Translations under genes and position numbers: made by a program
Shown: piece by piece, positions 23,501 to 37,897 of the stretch
Layout: each line of letters starts with the position of its first letter
How positions within the stretch are numbered: position 1 is the first letter of the stretch
Notes under the pieces: model-generated
Told to the model about the DNA's origin: nothing
Seen by the model: only the letters and a program-made list of their open reading frames with translations
Database searches by the model: none
Assembly: GCA_973895155.1 (NCBI GenBank)
Contig: OZ316898.1
Location: 12,175,187-12,239,186, forward strand
Source of the DNA: Marsupella aquatica
Taxonomy: Eukaryota > Plantae > Marchantiophyta
Reading direction: 5' to 3'
Length of the DNA stretch: 64,000 nt

Positions 23501-26500
23501 AACCTATAACCTTCGTAGAACTGACAGAGTGTACAACACCATCAGTGCTGATGGATTGATCCAGTAAATGGTGCATGATGTCGTGAAGGTATCGACGCTG
23601 TCCGATCATCCGGACAACTTAATTACACGGTGCCGCACGATGTTGGCTAGCTACTTACTTTCTTAAGGTGTTCAACAGTCTGACCTAGCAAGACAGTCAG
23701 GCATTTAACCATTCGGTCACTCTGGAGATGGAGAGGGATTGCTGGCTTAGTAGTAAGGTAAGGTGCCACTATTGCGATGCCGTTGGAAGCAACTGTCAGC
23801 TCGATCCAAGCTTGTCTGAGGTGAGTATATACACGTACTACACCACGGACCGAACAACGCAGCTAGTGCTGGCATGGGATCCTGGAGCATGTAAGCATTA
23901 CGTGCAACCTTCAATAAAATCCCTATGTCTGCCTCATTACACAGGCATCCTCAGGGACCGGGGGACCCTGGAGACGTACTGTACCTTCCACAGTCATAGA
24001 AAGTTCAGCTGCTTGTCCGTGAAAGACAAGAGAGAAACGACCCAAAAATTCATGCACACCCGTTTGATCAAATTCACTGCACAACTGCCTGCGCTGTGGG
24101 CCGGCCCCAGTTTCCACCGTCATTATATCCAATCTGTACACAGTCATCGATAATGTCCTGTGCTTTCTCCTTACATTTTCTTCGTCTTTTTTGTTCCCAC
24201 TCCCAGCAACAGTAGTCACTGTACAACACCAGTAACAGGTAAAAGTGTTCAACAGCGGTGAAAGTGCAAAATCTCCCCGGAATAATCAATCAATGCCATC
24301 TTTAGTTAGTTTTGTCCCACCACGCATGATCAATACCCTGTCCAGGTTCAGAACCATATTTTTCGGAGGTGCTTCTCTTGTCTGAACTGTCCCCGGCACG
24401 GGATGCGACGGCCAAGTTTATAATGTTCACGGAGCCTTGCCTTAAACCCATCAATTCAGCAGGGAAAAGCTCACATTAACTTGCGACGGGCCCACTCTCA
24501 CTGGCAGCCCAACTCGATCAGCAGGGTGAAATGGCGCTAGCTGGGCTAGCTCAGCGAACCTATCAGTAGGCACTTTCCTACATAACGGTAGAGACAAGTC
24601 TGTCGGCTCTCTTGCACTCTAGTCATTCATTCAGCCCAGTTGACAGAATCTTCATTGTGTATGCTATAGCACATCAGCCCCGAACCGTGCGCACTTACCC
24701 GTTGTGCTGGACTGATAGTTGTCGGATGCCGTCCTTAACAATCTGCCTCCTTGCAAAGAATATTTTATTTCATTACAAATGATAGAGAAACCACGAACTG
24801 TAGAGCATTGGGAAATGGCAACCCATGGATAGTGTAGGTGACACAGACCACATTTCCCTCCGCATCACTTACCCTAGCCTGAACTTGGTTCGCGGTTATT
24901 TAACAGGTGGCCCTTGAAATCTTTTGCAGCCAAAGGTCACCCCTGATAAAGTCTGATAGATAACCAAATATGCACAAGCCTACTATTTCAACAGAAAACG
25001 GCTAGTTTTCATTGACATTAATTTTACATTAAGTTTGACAAGCTGGTGTGTGCAGAACCGAATTTCCTCCCAAGACGTGCATATTTTCCAGCCCACCATT
25101 TCTGGGATCACATTAACTTGTTCCCTCGGTGCCATGTGTAGTAGCCAATCCCAAAACTTTCCACATACCACTTCATAAATATCCTTGTATATTTTGCTAT
25201 TCATTTGTTCCCTTATCTTTGGGGGAGAATTTTAGGGTATTCTTCAATGTAAATAGCTGGTTCAATATCTCTGTATTGCAAAAAAGATGTTGTTGCATAA
25301 AGGATGTTTAGGCATGAAAAGATTTTATTCTGCAAAGAACTTTGTTGCTATACCAAGTGGTAATTTTGGTGTAAGCTGCATCACACCTACACACCTACAC
25401 TGTTCACCATAATCACTGTTATGCAAGAATTGGTGTTAGTACAAAATTAGTGTTAGTAACACTAATTTTGATAAAACTGATTTTGAGTCCAAATAACACT
25501 AAATTTTGTTGGTTTTCAAAACAGAATTTTTTTTCACTTTAGTTTAAATTTCTTATAAAAATTGGATAGTATTTAGTCCAAAGTAACACTAATTGTTGTG
25601 GATTTTTCAAAATAGGCAAGTGTATATTTTTATATGGACTAAAAATTTGGCTTTAAATTCCTGTTTTTTGAGAGAGCTTGGGTTAATTTCCACTTTTCAA
25701 AATTTTCTGAGTCATTTATAATTTTGGGTTTTTGCACAAAACTGAAGTTTTCCCAAACTTGTTGTAACTTTAATTTAAAAAATTCCTAAATTTCAATGAA
25801 AATCCTAAAATGCTGCCTACAATAGTTTGGTTGTAGACCCTTGAATTGTATTAGAAAGAAGCTATATATATAATTTGGGTTTGATCAATTTTTTCACAAT
25901 CAACAAAAGATGTGTATTTTTTTTCAGGTCGGTATATTTTTAGATTACTTGCCTTACGGGTACAAGAGTTTAGTAGACAAGACTTAAACCTATTTCGGTC
26001 AATATGTAAAAGGCACATTCACCAAACAAGATTGTCTAATATATAGGTGTCACTTGGAGCAGTAACTTCAAGCACCACAGTTGAACCAAAGTAGCTTCAC
26101 AATGCCGCACTGCAATGCAAAGGGCTTGCTTTCTACTAAGTATGTGACATAAACACTCGGTAGCTATATACTATATACCTTTTCTTTGCCACCTTCGCCC
26201 TAGGCAAAGAGTTAGGTACAGTTAATCCTGCCTCCATGAGCTCCACATATTTGCACCAATGCACAAGCTTCAATATTTAGGAATGGCACCCCTGTACACA
26301 ACTCTTGTATAATAGCTGGGGCCTACTCTTTTATATAGATGAAAAGGTTGGCTATAATAAAAAAAATTGAAAACTTGTATAAGATAAAAAAAAACTTTTT
26401 TCCACATAAAATTTCAAACCTGGGTTTTCTAAGCTTGCTGTAATTTTATTGATTTGTATGGAATTTTGATGAAAATCACAAAATGCTGGCTAGTTTGGTT

Positions 26501-27079
26501 ATAGACCCCTTCCTAAAACTAGTTTGTGGACCCCGGCTTTTATGTTTCTGAGTATATTAATGCATGTTCTTTTACAAAGGTTGATGGAGTTCACTTTACA
26601 TGCCAGCTCAATGCAAAGGTTAATGGAATTCACTGTACATGCTAGCTCAAAGCACCCCCCTTTGTCTCTCAACATATGTGAATCGAGCATGCCTCAATTC
26701 TGAGTCAAACCAAAGGATCAAAGACTCTAGAATACATCTCATGGTTATGGTTTGCCTTCGTTAGATTTTGGCAGAATACTTTATTATAGTAGTTCATTCC
26801 AACAAAATGGCTATAGAAAAAAATGTTCATTTTTTAAATTTTTTTTTAAATTTTAAATTCTTTTTTAGGAAAAAATGTTCATTACCCCAGAAGCAATTGG
26901 AAATGGAATTAAACACCACGATGCACAGTAAGTTCAAGATGTGGTTCTGTCGGTTAGGTCCGTAGCGGAGTCCTTTCTTCCCCCCAAACATTTCAATTGC
27001 TTAGATTGAAGTGAAGAACAACGCCGTATTATTTCAATTGCTTTGATTCCAGTGAAGAAGAACGCCGTATTATAGATTA

Positions 27080-27660
27080 CTAGCTCAATACCTGTGCGTT
27101 GCACAAAAGAAGTCGTGTCGGCCAAGATGTCGTTGAGAAAAAATGATGTCATTTTAGCCAAGAGGTCGTGGAGAGAAAAGATGTTGTGTTGGCCAAGAGG
27201 TCTTGGAGAGAAAAAAATGTTGTGTCACCCAAGAGGTCGTTGAGAGAAAAGATGTCATGTCGCCCAAGACGTTGTTGAGAGAAAAGATGTCATGTCGCCC
27301 AAGATGTCGTTGAGAAAAAAAGACGTGTCGGCCAAGAGGTCGTGGAGAGAAATTATGTCAAGTCGCCCTAAAGGTCATTCATTGAGAGAAAAGAAGTCGT
27401 TGGGAAAAAAAAGATATCATGTCAGCCAAGAGGTCGTTGAGAAAAAAGATGTTGTCTTGGCCAAGAAGTTATTGAGAAAAAAGATGTCGTGTCGGCCAAG
27501 ATGTCATTAAAAAAAAAATCATGTCGGCCAAGATGTTGTTGAGAAAAAAGATGTCGTGTCGGCAAAGACATCGTTGAGGGAAAAGATGTCGTGTCGGCCA
27601 AGACATCATTTAGATAAATACCCGTGCATTGCACAAAAGATGTTGTTAAGAAAAAGATTG
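27080..27660 (-). mobile_element. Non-autonomous Helitron-like 3' end with an internal 35-bp minisatellite
   Basis: Minus strand TGTGCAACGCACAGGTATTGAGCTAG-T (hairpin plus CTAG) ending at 27080, with a second copy at about 27610-27636. GTGTCGGCCAAGATGTCGTTGAGAAAAAAGATGTC repeats lie between them. Confidence 0.55.
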
Positions 27661-28085
27661 TTCCTTTCAAACCTTAACCTCCCCCTTTTCCCATTTTCCT
27701 ATTTTTGGTCTTCTCTTTTTCACATTCACCATCACTCCACTTGTTCACCGCCCCCCCTTCCCCACCCATGTGAGATCGAGGGGCTACCCTACATTGCGAG
27801 TGTGCCCCTCGCCTGAGACCTTGCCATCAACACCCATGCCATGCGCTTCACTATGTCTTTAGGCCTTATTACTTTTGTGTTTTTGGCATTGAAAATGACA
27901 CTGCAAATGACTATAAAAATCACCACAAATATTGGGAGAATAGTTTTTTTATTGATGTAGTAACTAAAATGTTGTTAGCAATTAAATTACTTTTATGGAC
28001 TCTTACCATTATTATACAAAATTAGGATGCACACAATATTGAAATATGTACAATGAATATGTACAATACAAATTTGCATGTGAAT

Positions 28086-28333
28086 ATCAAGAACTATAAT
28101 ACACAGTTCCTTGTGCATTGTGTTAAAGTCTTTCACTTCTTTTTTTGTGTACCTAGTGTGATTATTCTTGCTTGTCTTGGGCATTGGTGTAACTTTTTGT
28201 GACTCACACTAAACTCAATTCACATTTTGGCTTTATTGATTATTTTTGATTAAATTTTTTAATTTTTGTGCCCTGCAAATTTGAATGAGGACCACTCTAA
28301 AAAATGACACAACTGTGTATTATAGTTCTTGAT
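28086..28333. repeat. Perfect 23-bp inverted repeat pair (MITE-like, 248 bp)
   Basis: ATCAAGAACTATAATACACAGTT at 28086-28108 and its reverse complement at 28311-28333. No TSD seen. Confidence 0.55.
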
Positions 28334-31300
28334 GCTTTTAATTGTTCATCTCAATTAAGAAGTTGCTTACGTACTACAAACACGACACGTACGTTGGAGT
28401 GTTTACGGAAAGCTCCAAGACGTACGGTGCCGCGTCTGCCATAAATTGGGCTTTTTCTTCACGTTATCTTCTCTGGCACGAAACTTTTTCATGAGGAGAA
28501 GATTTTTGTCACACTTGGGAATCTGAAACAGCTTGTGAAGTTGTGAACCATCCAATCCCCATGGACGGAAGCCTTCACAGTCTCACTTCCCAAAATTCAT
28601 AATCAGGTAGACCTCCAATTTCTCCCTTGCTATGTAAATGAATCAGCTGTTCTCGGGTTAATAAGACGAGCCTCGGAAAGATCGTCTAATATGCTCAATT
28701 TTCGTAAAGATGCCGTTGTCACTGCACTGTCTTCACACATTCTAAAGTTTCTTATCAGCAAACTTCCGCTAACCCACACACTTCACTTTTCCTCGTCATA
28801 TTATTTTACCTCTGCTTGATAGATAATCCTCCTCAAGGACCACGTGTTTAAGATACCAAACTACTGAAGACAAAGAGTAGTACTGAGAGAACATGTAGTA
28901 CTGAAGACAAAGTGTCTTAAATTAATGTATTGAGGACAGTACCGGGGACAGTACAGAGCAGTAAGAATCCGAAATGGCCATTTGCTATCTAGCTTTTAAC
29001 TCAGGCTCTCGATCTCTTTGTCAAATTATATGCACTGTTAGCCGTCACTATTAACTTCGAGTTCGACGACGTCACTTCGTTGGCATGGCTAGCTGCATGA
29101 GTTGTGTGGGCCAGGACGGTTGTGTAGTACTGAGCTGCAGTATTAAGTTGGATGCCACTGCTGCCGGAGGACTTGGGTTGGACAGGATTGACCTTCATGC
29201 TGTATTGCTGCTGCTGCTACCTCTTGGGAACCGTACATCAAGGTTCCAGACCAGCAAAAGTGGCTAGCTATTGTAGCTGCTTGGCTTTAGAAACTCAGTC
29301 ACGGACCAGCTGCAATGACATGGCTGGAGGTCCGTGCTGTAGCACTGTACGTAGAATCAGCAAATCATTTTATGAGTCCCTCCCTCGGAATCTTAGTTGG
29401 ATAAAGCGCGCGGGCTTGGGTTCAGTCGACTACCTTAAAAGATATTTTAATCTTCATGAAAGTACAGTCATGAGTAGGTTATGTTACCAGATTCGCTGCA
29501 GGACGGAAACAACGTACCTCCTGCAGCTGCAGTGAGTCCCACTCGACCATTCTGCTGCTGGCTCTCAATGTGCTGCGATTTTAGTATGATCATGCCTTGC
29601 TTCGTTTTGTTATTCTGTTGAGAAATTCAAGCCCCAAAAAGGCCGCCGTAACCAATGTGACGAAGTGCATTAATTCGACGCGTTATACACTGATAACCCA
29701 ACCAGGCATGAAACTTGAGCAGAAACGAAATCATGCCAACATGGGGAAAAAGTGGAACATATCAAATCAGAGCATCGTATTTGGTACACGTTATTCCCTG
29801 ACGATTGCACTGGAACAACACCCACAACGTTGGGCCTCAGCTGGATTGAATGTGAATTGGTAGGAAGGGCACGTGGGACGCACGTGTTCAGAATATATGG
29901 GATCCCACGGCTCCATAAATTCGGTTTAGTCTTTAGGCTGAGGATTTGCATTAGAATTTCTAGATACAAACTTGCAATTTGCTCAATGAACCAGTCTGTT
30001 ATTACTTAGTCAGCAAGGCATTCTAATAATAGAATTGGATTACAACAACTGTCTTCGTTCCTTGGTGCAGGGCAGCTCAAGGTCACTAGATCATCCGGTG
30101 TTGTGCTTTGATGCTCGACAGAAGACGACCCGGCATCCAACTGTCCTTAGTGAAGGACTAACTTGTCTAGCTTGGTACCTTGCAATGCTTCAAAACAGTG
30201 GTTAGTAAACTTTCGAATTTATAATAATGCGACTCCTTCCAAAGTATCACTCACTGCCCAGAGCAGTGTCCACGTGTCCCGAGTTGGCTTATAAACTCGA
30301 ACTTCCTTATCCTTAGTTACTTAGTAAGGTTTTCCATGCAATTCCGGTCAACCTACGCGCGCTTCTAGCTAGTTTTACAAGGCAGCTGCTCTCGGAGACT
30401 GCCTCAAACATGATCAATTGCCTTCAATATTTTCGGTTTGCCAGGATATCTGGGTCAGCAGACGTTTCTTTACGAGGCAGCTGCTTTTGGAGACTGCCTC
30501 AAACATGATCAATTTCCTTGAAACTTTTCTCCTACTTTTACGGCCGCCAAATGCAGAGGTTTGGAGGCAGTGCGCTCTTCAATCTCAATGTGTCGATTGA
30601 GTTCCTGTTGCAGTACTAGTTAACGAGACCCATGACCACGAGTAAAAAGAATGATTTGCATGTGGTACGTCAAGTTATCCAAAACAAAGATGTCGTCCAG
30701 CTAAGCAGAATGCTGATTGGTTGGAGACTTATGAATCGCCCATGATGATGGTGGAGCTCCAGCCGCTGCATAAGGCTTTTGTCATCTTTATTGTCTAACG
30801 AAGAATAAGGCTCACGGCAGGTTTTCCTGTGGATTGCCTGCAGATTTCAACGATATTCTTAGTTTCTTCACCACTTCCTGTCACAACAATTTCGATACAG
30901 TGACGGACGGGGCTTCAGCTCAACATTGCCATCCGGCAGGGGATCTTCAACGTCAACTTCTGCCGCCACCACAACACTTAATTGTATTTGAATAGATCTA
31001 TGAGGACTTTCCCAATCCGCGTTACTGAGAATAACGTATATATTTCGCATACTTTCCAGCCAACATTATTCAGAGTACCTTGGGAATCTTTTATCCCCAA
31101 TACTAAGACGTCTTTAAACTAGCCTCCTCACTTGTCCAGTTTGTTGATTTTGTTGATTGCTAAGATTATTTCTCGAGCAAAGTTGAAGACACCTATAATA
31201 CTTAGGACACACGTCCGATACATTTTTGATGGGCTTACTTAACAGTCTGAGTGGACCAAACAAGCAAATGTTCTCCCATCCCAGTGTATCATCAATCGAT

Positions 31301-33861
31301 ATTGTTACTATAATTTACTATTTGTCAATTTTCAAGTCAAATTGTTAAATTGTCAAATATTTTTTGAATAATTTTCAGCTTGTCAAATTGACTCGAAAAT
31401 GAAAAGACCAATTTGTGTTGGGACTAGGATCCTTTTATACAATTCCTCCAGATGATATCGACTATATGTTTGCCCCAAAGCTAGGTTTGCTCAAATAGTT
31501 TCCTGGGCTTCAGAATCCCTGCATGCGGAACAGTTCTCTGAACAGTCTGCAAAAACTACCCTGCTGCCGCTCATTTTCACTTTATCTAAATATTTACTCT
31601 CAGGCCAAGAATACCTTTGTGGGGAATCTTGTATGTTATCCGCATAGTGGTCACTTAAAGTGTTTCCGAAACATGCCACATAAACCTGGAAGGTAAATAC
31701 GCGTGAGCCAGTGAGGTTAGACGGGAATTTTGCAGTACACGAAGACAATTTAGGAATCCCGTGGGTCACGGAAGTGCAGTAACCTGGGAACACCATTCGA
31801 CTCGACAAGTGATGGGAATTTGAATCAACTTTTGAAACCCCTCCCGCGGATTAGGTGGACAGCGATGTTAATCAGGAGAATAACGGCAGGACATGTCCGG
31901 TAACAAATCTTCTGTACAATGCCGTCGCTTCAGACAAACGACAGCAGAAACGTTGGTTCATATACAAATTCAGCAGAACTACCTTCAGGAGAATCCCCTC
32001 TTCTTCGTCCTACGTGGGCACTAGCTTGCAGCTCTTTTGTTATCAGCATTCAAAACAACTTTTATCGCTGGCACTGTCAATATAAGGAATAACAGGAAGC
32101 ACCCAAACATGAAACATAAAAAACTATATGTCTCTGTTACTAACACAAAGGCGTACTTTCCAGTGAACTTTCTGTTAAGCCACCACACCTGCAGCCATCT
32201 CAAGCCACGAACACAAGCAGCTGCTGCATTTCCAGGTAAGCTTACCAAGCAAAGCAGGGAAACTTGACCAAGCACTAGTCAGGAGGTGAGATACCTGGGC
32301 TCAGCAAGAAAACTATCAAGAAATTGGTCGTAGGAGTCAAAGCGCGCTGTGACTGTCCTGTAGCGGGCGAGGTAGCGGGTAGTAGCACGATCCTCAAGCT
32401 ATTGATGCCATGCCTCGATTTTGTCTTTGGGTGGTCAAATGTTTGTCAACGGATTTTTCTAGCTTTCGTTAATGGTTTAACAGCTCTGTACGTTGTGAAA
32501 GACTATCTTCTGTTATTTTCTGTTCTGTTCCAAGGGTGTCAGCAGACGGTAGCCTTGCCTGCACTATTCCTTTCACAATAATAGATTCTGAGATGCTACT
32601 CAACTTTAAATCGCTTAGGTAAACTTTACGGCTCATTAATTATCGCCCATACGAAGTATTGACTGAAACTACGTGCATGGTGTTTTGAATCGCACCTGTT
32701 CATTTCGCTGCTGACAATTCTTCTTTACTACACGGGAACGTCGGCCAAGTTGAGAATTATGTTGGTCCAAAACTTGGTAAGATCCGGCTTGCCAAACGTC
32801 CCAGAAACGAATAGCACCATCATGTGGAACCCCTAGTGATAATTAACACCGTTTCAATGGAGAGATCACTGCACATGCCAGCCCAAATACCATCCGGTGG
32901 TGCAATTTAGTAGAAGTAAGAAAATGACACGTATGAGTGCTTGGACCTAAATGAAGGAGTTGTGTAGTTGCGTACGTACCCCGGGGTCGTGAGTTGGTAC
33001 TGCCATGGGGTACACACCAATTCTTAAGGTGCCCAGTTCACCAGTTCCTTGCATTGAATGCAAGCCCTGTGTTGTACGTACAGTTACGCTACCTATGGGA
33101 AGCACAACTCTCGTGAATTTCGGTCGTATCTGTAAAACCTATTCATTTCAAATATCTGGTCTTAAATTTCCAGCACCTAACCAAATGTCCTATCAGCTTC
33201 TGGATCGTGATTTTTGGCTACCAAGATATTGTGCCGGGTTGGAGTAACCTTGATCAGCTCGCCAAAGATAAAATTCAATTTCCTCGGATCAGAGAGAAAC
33301 GCTTGACAACGAAAAATACTGTAATTTCTATGTTGTTTACGGGAAAAAAAAACTCAAGTGACAGGATCTTGATCATGACTGGCGAGTTGCCAACGAGGCT
33401 AGCTGCCTGTCAGGTCAATGTTGGGCCGTGAATTTCTGCTGCGCCAAGTTTCTTCATTCAGTTGGGGCTCGATATATGTAGGAAAAGAGAAACGCAGCAC
33501 GTAACTCATCGGTACTAGCCAAATTAGGCAGCGGCCTGATAACTATGTGATCTGGTTTGGCTAGCATAATGTAGCGGAGCCATGACGACATCGGGGAGCT
33601 ATTAGTTTCGTAGATAGGCGCGCTTTCTACTGCAAACTCTAAGTAGGGGTCAGTTCTTCAGTGATGAGATGCAATATGTATCAACAGTGACTTAAGAGAT
33701 TGACAATTACCATTTCTTGAGAGAATACAACTAGCCACCCATGCATTACTATTTCAAACACTCCCTCCTCTTGAGCGATCTCCTGTTCGAGCCATTGGAC
33801 AAACAGTCCCAATTCTGTCGCCGAATGCAACAGTAGCCCCCATCTCTAATTCGCCCCAAAA

Positions 33862-33919
33862 CCTATTTCGTTTACTTATAAAAGGCAGCACCCCTCTGCC
33901 AGCCTCATCAGTTCGCTAG
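33862..33919 (+). promoter_or_regulatory. Pol II core promoter of pri-miRNA copy B
   Basis: Same TATA block (TATAAAA at 33877) and TCATCAGTTCGCTAG. Confidence 0.75.
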
Positions 33920-34612
33920 CTCTAGAGTTAGTAGTAAGACTGCCTCCTTGCATTAGTTATTGGTGAGGGAGTGATCGACTACTACTTCCTTCAAGCATGG
34001 ATCCGTGTACGGCCACGTCCTGGATCGAGTGATCCATGCGGTCGACGAGGAAGTAAAGCCAGGATGCCTCATTCGATCGCGACCCGCCAATTAATGGATG
34101 TCAAGTGAGCTCGCAGGTATTGCGGTATGTCGTTCACATCGAAGTCCTAGAGCACGGACGTCCGGAGTCCGAACACTGGCTGCTGCTGCTGCTGCTTCCT
34201 AGAACGGGGAGGGCTGACTGTCTAGAGCTGCCAGGGGATTGGATTCATATTATCCTCCTTCCTTCCTTGGTTGCGATCCTCGTGGCCTCCTGCCGTCTGC
34301 TTGCTTGATGATCAAGAGATTTCGACCTAGTACAAGCGTGATTTTAAATCGTGTACATATGTCTCAGCAGTATCAATCCTCCATCATACTCAGGGTTGCA
34401 AACTGAATCTAAACTGAATCTACTCGGGCCGCCTTTGCGCAGCCACTTTCAGATCGTCAGACAGCGGTTGATTCCTTGTGCAGCTGAGTCCAAGCAGGCA
34501 GTGCACGGACGGACGGACGTACAGGCAGCTACAGACGTGCACGGTTGACTGGAGTCGACATGTTTTCGACGCAGCAGAACAGCAGTGGAAGCAACGTCAT
34601 GGTTTACCACAT

Positions 34613-34706
34613 GGTTTTTGCGCTTGCACATTGGTCTCTTCACACACGAACATTAGCCGTGTGCGATGTTTGTGTGAGAAGAGGCCTATGTCCAAACGTA
34701 ACAATC
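34613..34706 (+). ncRNA. FRH1: pre-miRNA hairpin B, predicted mature 34671-34691 UGUGUGAGAAGAGGCCUAUGU (A17U variant)
   Basis: Homologous hairpin with one uncompensated change at position 17 and a weaker lower stem. Confidence 0.7.
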
Positions 34707-36942
34707 CCGACTCATGTAACGAGATGGCATGGCTGGAGCCATAAGCACTACATGTCCTTCTCCGCTTCATCTATAGGGTCTCACCGTTCTTAATTTCCCA
34801 TGCGGTTGGTCTAATCCAGTAAGTGGACAAGCCCCTAAGGGTGCTACGAGATTCGAATTGAAGCAGCATTCGACCTTCCATTTCGCGAAGCTTTTGTAGA
34901 ATGATTGTGTGCAGCAAGACAATCACTTAACTAACCAGCTTATTATGATTATGAGTCAGTTCCTTTGCTCGATCACTCAGGGATGAGTGAGCACTCTCTA
35001 GATTTAGAGACCACCAATGTACGTACCAGGGAAAGGGACACTGCACATTCGTTGCAGCAGCTAGCAACTGGTTGGCCAGGAGCAAATTGAAACAGATGAT
35101 TACTACTGTGCTTATTACCCATTATCAACGTGGTTTTTTCTAGACCTGAAGTTATGAAGGACCGGGTGAAGGACGACCGGGTGAAGGACTCTGTACAATT
35201 TGGGTTTATTAATTATCTCTTCTGATACTCAGATAAATCGGCTTGTTGCCTAAGTAAGCCGAGCTGCAGGCTAGGTCTGGTTCTTCAGTTGAGATTTCGA
35301 AGGTCAGATTAAAATTGTTTGAGCTGCTCTGTACCCGAGTATGTCTCTAGAACAATCATTTCAATCCCCGTTTCAATCCTAGAAACTCTGCAAACAATGT
35401 TAGTAACTTTCTGCAACAAAGGCCACCTTGTTTAAACTCCTCTGCATAATTATGTTACATGTTGGGCGTCGATTCATCGTAATATTAAAGTTTTTGATCA
35501 TTAATGATGTCTGATTGGTGGGAGCAAAATCGGTCCGATGGATTCCATGTGGCGTACGCCAGGCAACATTTCCATAGAGGAGCCATGGCCGCAAGGACAA
35601 CCAAGTGCAAAGCCTTGCTGCTCTCGGACAACCTGAGTCGTCATGGAATCTTCCAGTGACATTTTACAAGACAAGGAACTTTTTTTATTAGTTTCTCGCC
35701 TCTCACAGGCTCGATGAATCGACAGGACAGATATTTTTACTTTGCCATAGTACATTTAACTGAACTTCCGAATCGACAATGCATGCAGGGTGCGCGCGGA
35801 GTGGCTAAAATTGTTCTAATCTTGTTGTTTGAGAGTATAGCTTGACGAGAAAGCATATGAAGCAATTCATCCGAGTCTTCGACTGTTCTGTCATCTCATG
35901 GAACACAGCTAAGTAGCCGGGTGCGTACGTTTCCTCTTGAGAATCTCAGGTCTGTACTGAACACGTGTAATGCCGAATTCGAGCCCTGTAACGCTCTATT
36001 AACGCAAGCCATGATTCTTATCATCAATCGTTCAGAAAATGCTGATTGGATAAAAATTTGAGTTCAGCTTCATTGTATTGAATAAGCTGATCGAATCCGT
36101 GTGCTTAGAAGGGGTCCAGATAACTTTGTCACGATGCCAACTGGCAAGCTCGATCCGAAACCGTGGAGACTAACTGATTTTCAAATTCGTCTCGTGTACA
36201 GCTGCCGGTCGCCCCCAATATTCAAACCACGGTACTTTTGTCCGGAACACTCTCACTTTCTGCCCAAATCAACGACTGGCCAAATCGACTACTTTCTGTA
36301 TGCTTTGATTCTGTTCTAAGCGCGCGGAATCCTGTCTGTTCCTGGGATTCGCCGTATACTACGTATTCAACGGCTTTTAAGATCGATCCGAATGTATCCA
36401 GTTTACGTTTATTGCTCAGATCCTAAGTGAAACCTGCATGGTTGTGTTCGTAATTTATCTCGAGCAGTGGGAGACGTCGTTTCATCTAGCTCAGCCAAAC
36501 GTGATGTCGCGAACGAAAAGAAATAAGAGGGTTTGTTGCAGTTTCCAAGTTTTTTTGTCTAAAAGATTTGATCAGAGCCATTCATTTGGGACAAACTGTT
36601 GTTCACTTTACAAAACATTAAGGGGAAACCTGATACCAATCATACAATCATGAAATATAGTGGGACCCAATTTTTGAGCACTTTTTTTCCTGGATTTTAG
36701 ATCACCTCTCTTGGTGGTCTCTTCTTCTGGCTCCTTGGTCCATTTCTTTTTTAACTCATTTGCATCAAAAAGGGACCCACAAGTCCTTCATAAGATTTTC
36801 TATTGTCACATGTAAAATGACTGCCAAAGATTACGTGCGGGATTAGGTGACATTCAGGTGGAGTGGACACTCAATCTGTCACCATTGGTTGCACTTTGGC
36901 TTTACAAGACCTTGGGGGCAATAAAAGGATTCAAAAAATGTT

Positions 36943-37897
36943 GTTTATTTATTATTTATTTTTAACAGTGGGGAAGCCCAGCAAGGCACACAAGAACCAC
37001 ACTGAAAGGGTCAAATCCACCCAAAGGAAACCACTAAGATCCCACACAAAGGATGATAAACAAGATTAAGGGCCAACCACCCAAAAGAAGGCAAGAGCCC
37101 TGAAACAAATCACATACCTCCCAAAAGTGGAGTTGGCTGTCCCCAGTCAACAGCAAGTCAGACTCCCCAAAAATGGGACAAAAGGGAGAGCATGGTCACT
37201 GCATCTCCTGGTCAATCGTAGCAGTGATATATGTCACTGAGTGTTCGACTCAACCGCCGAGCCTTTTTCACACTATTAGTATGTTGAAGCATAGCGTGAA
37301 CAATGATTGCAACTCCATGGAGAATGCGATGCAACGGGAACCAAGCAGATTTAGCTTGAAAAGTGCGTTGGCAACACTCCAGCCAGATGCTACTATACTA
37401 AACATTGTGTGAATAAGTAGAAGGAAGCCAAAATTGCATTTTGGGGACCTAATCGCAGTATCAAGTTTACCAAAGAAACTAAGAGCAGCCTGCAGCCTTG
37501 CCCATACTAGTGCCCACAGCTGTGTGCTCAAGTTGCATCTCGGGTTGGCACATCCATTGTGGGCGAAGCTAACAGCAATCATAGAACATATATATGTTCA
37601 ATCATTTCACTGGCTGCTTTACACGCAGTGCACAGTCCATCACTCATGTCCAGTTTAAGAGCACGAGAGTTGGAGAAAAACCCAGCATGAAGCACCTTCC
37701 AAAAATCTAACTCAACACTAGGAGAGGATAAACCTTTCCAAAGATGGATCCACCTACTCCTCCATAGCACATGAGAATCAAGAGGGACCTGGCGGCGATT
37801 GAATTGTGTAAGAGGAGGCATAGCTGCTGCAAGATGGTGGCCAGGTTTTAGTGAGAAGATTTCACCCTTTCTTAACTCCCGGCTGTCCATGTCCACC
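36943..37897 (-). mobile_element. 5'-truncated LINE (L1/Tx1-like) 3' fragment
   Basis: zf-RVT-like FWKVLH...GLCTACKAASEMIEHI. A-rich tail at about 36943-36963. 13-bp TSD TTCAAAAAATGTT at 36930-36942 and 37898-37910. Confidence 0.85.

Larger units (their letters stand above)
16620..32050 (+). repeat. Tandem duplication unit A (promoter, miRNA hairpin and long decayed flank)
   Basis: Collinear, indel-rich similarity to units B, C and D. Boundaries are approximate. Confidence 0.8.

Noticed and set aside
27110-27660. Regularly spaced repeats that might suggest a CRISPR array (also 38-825 and 45988-46167)
   Set aside because: Contiguous tandem units with no unique spacers and no cas genes, in a eukaryotic context.
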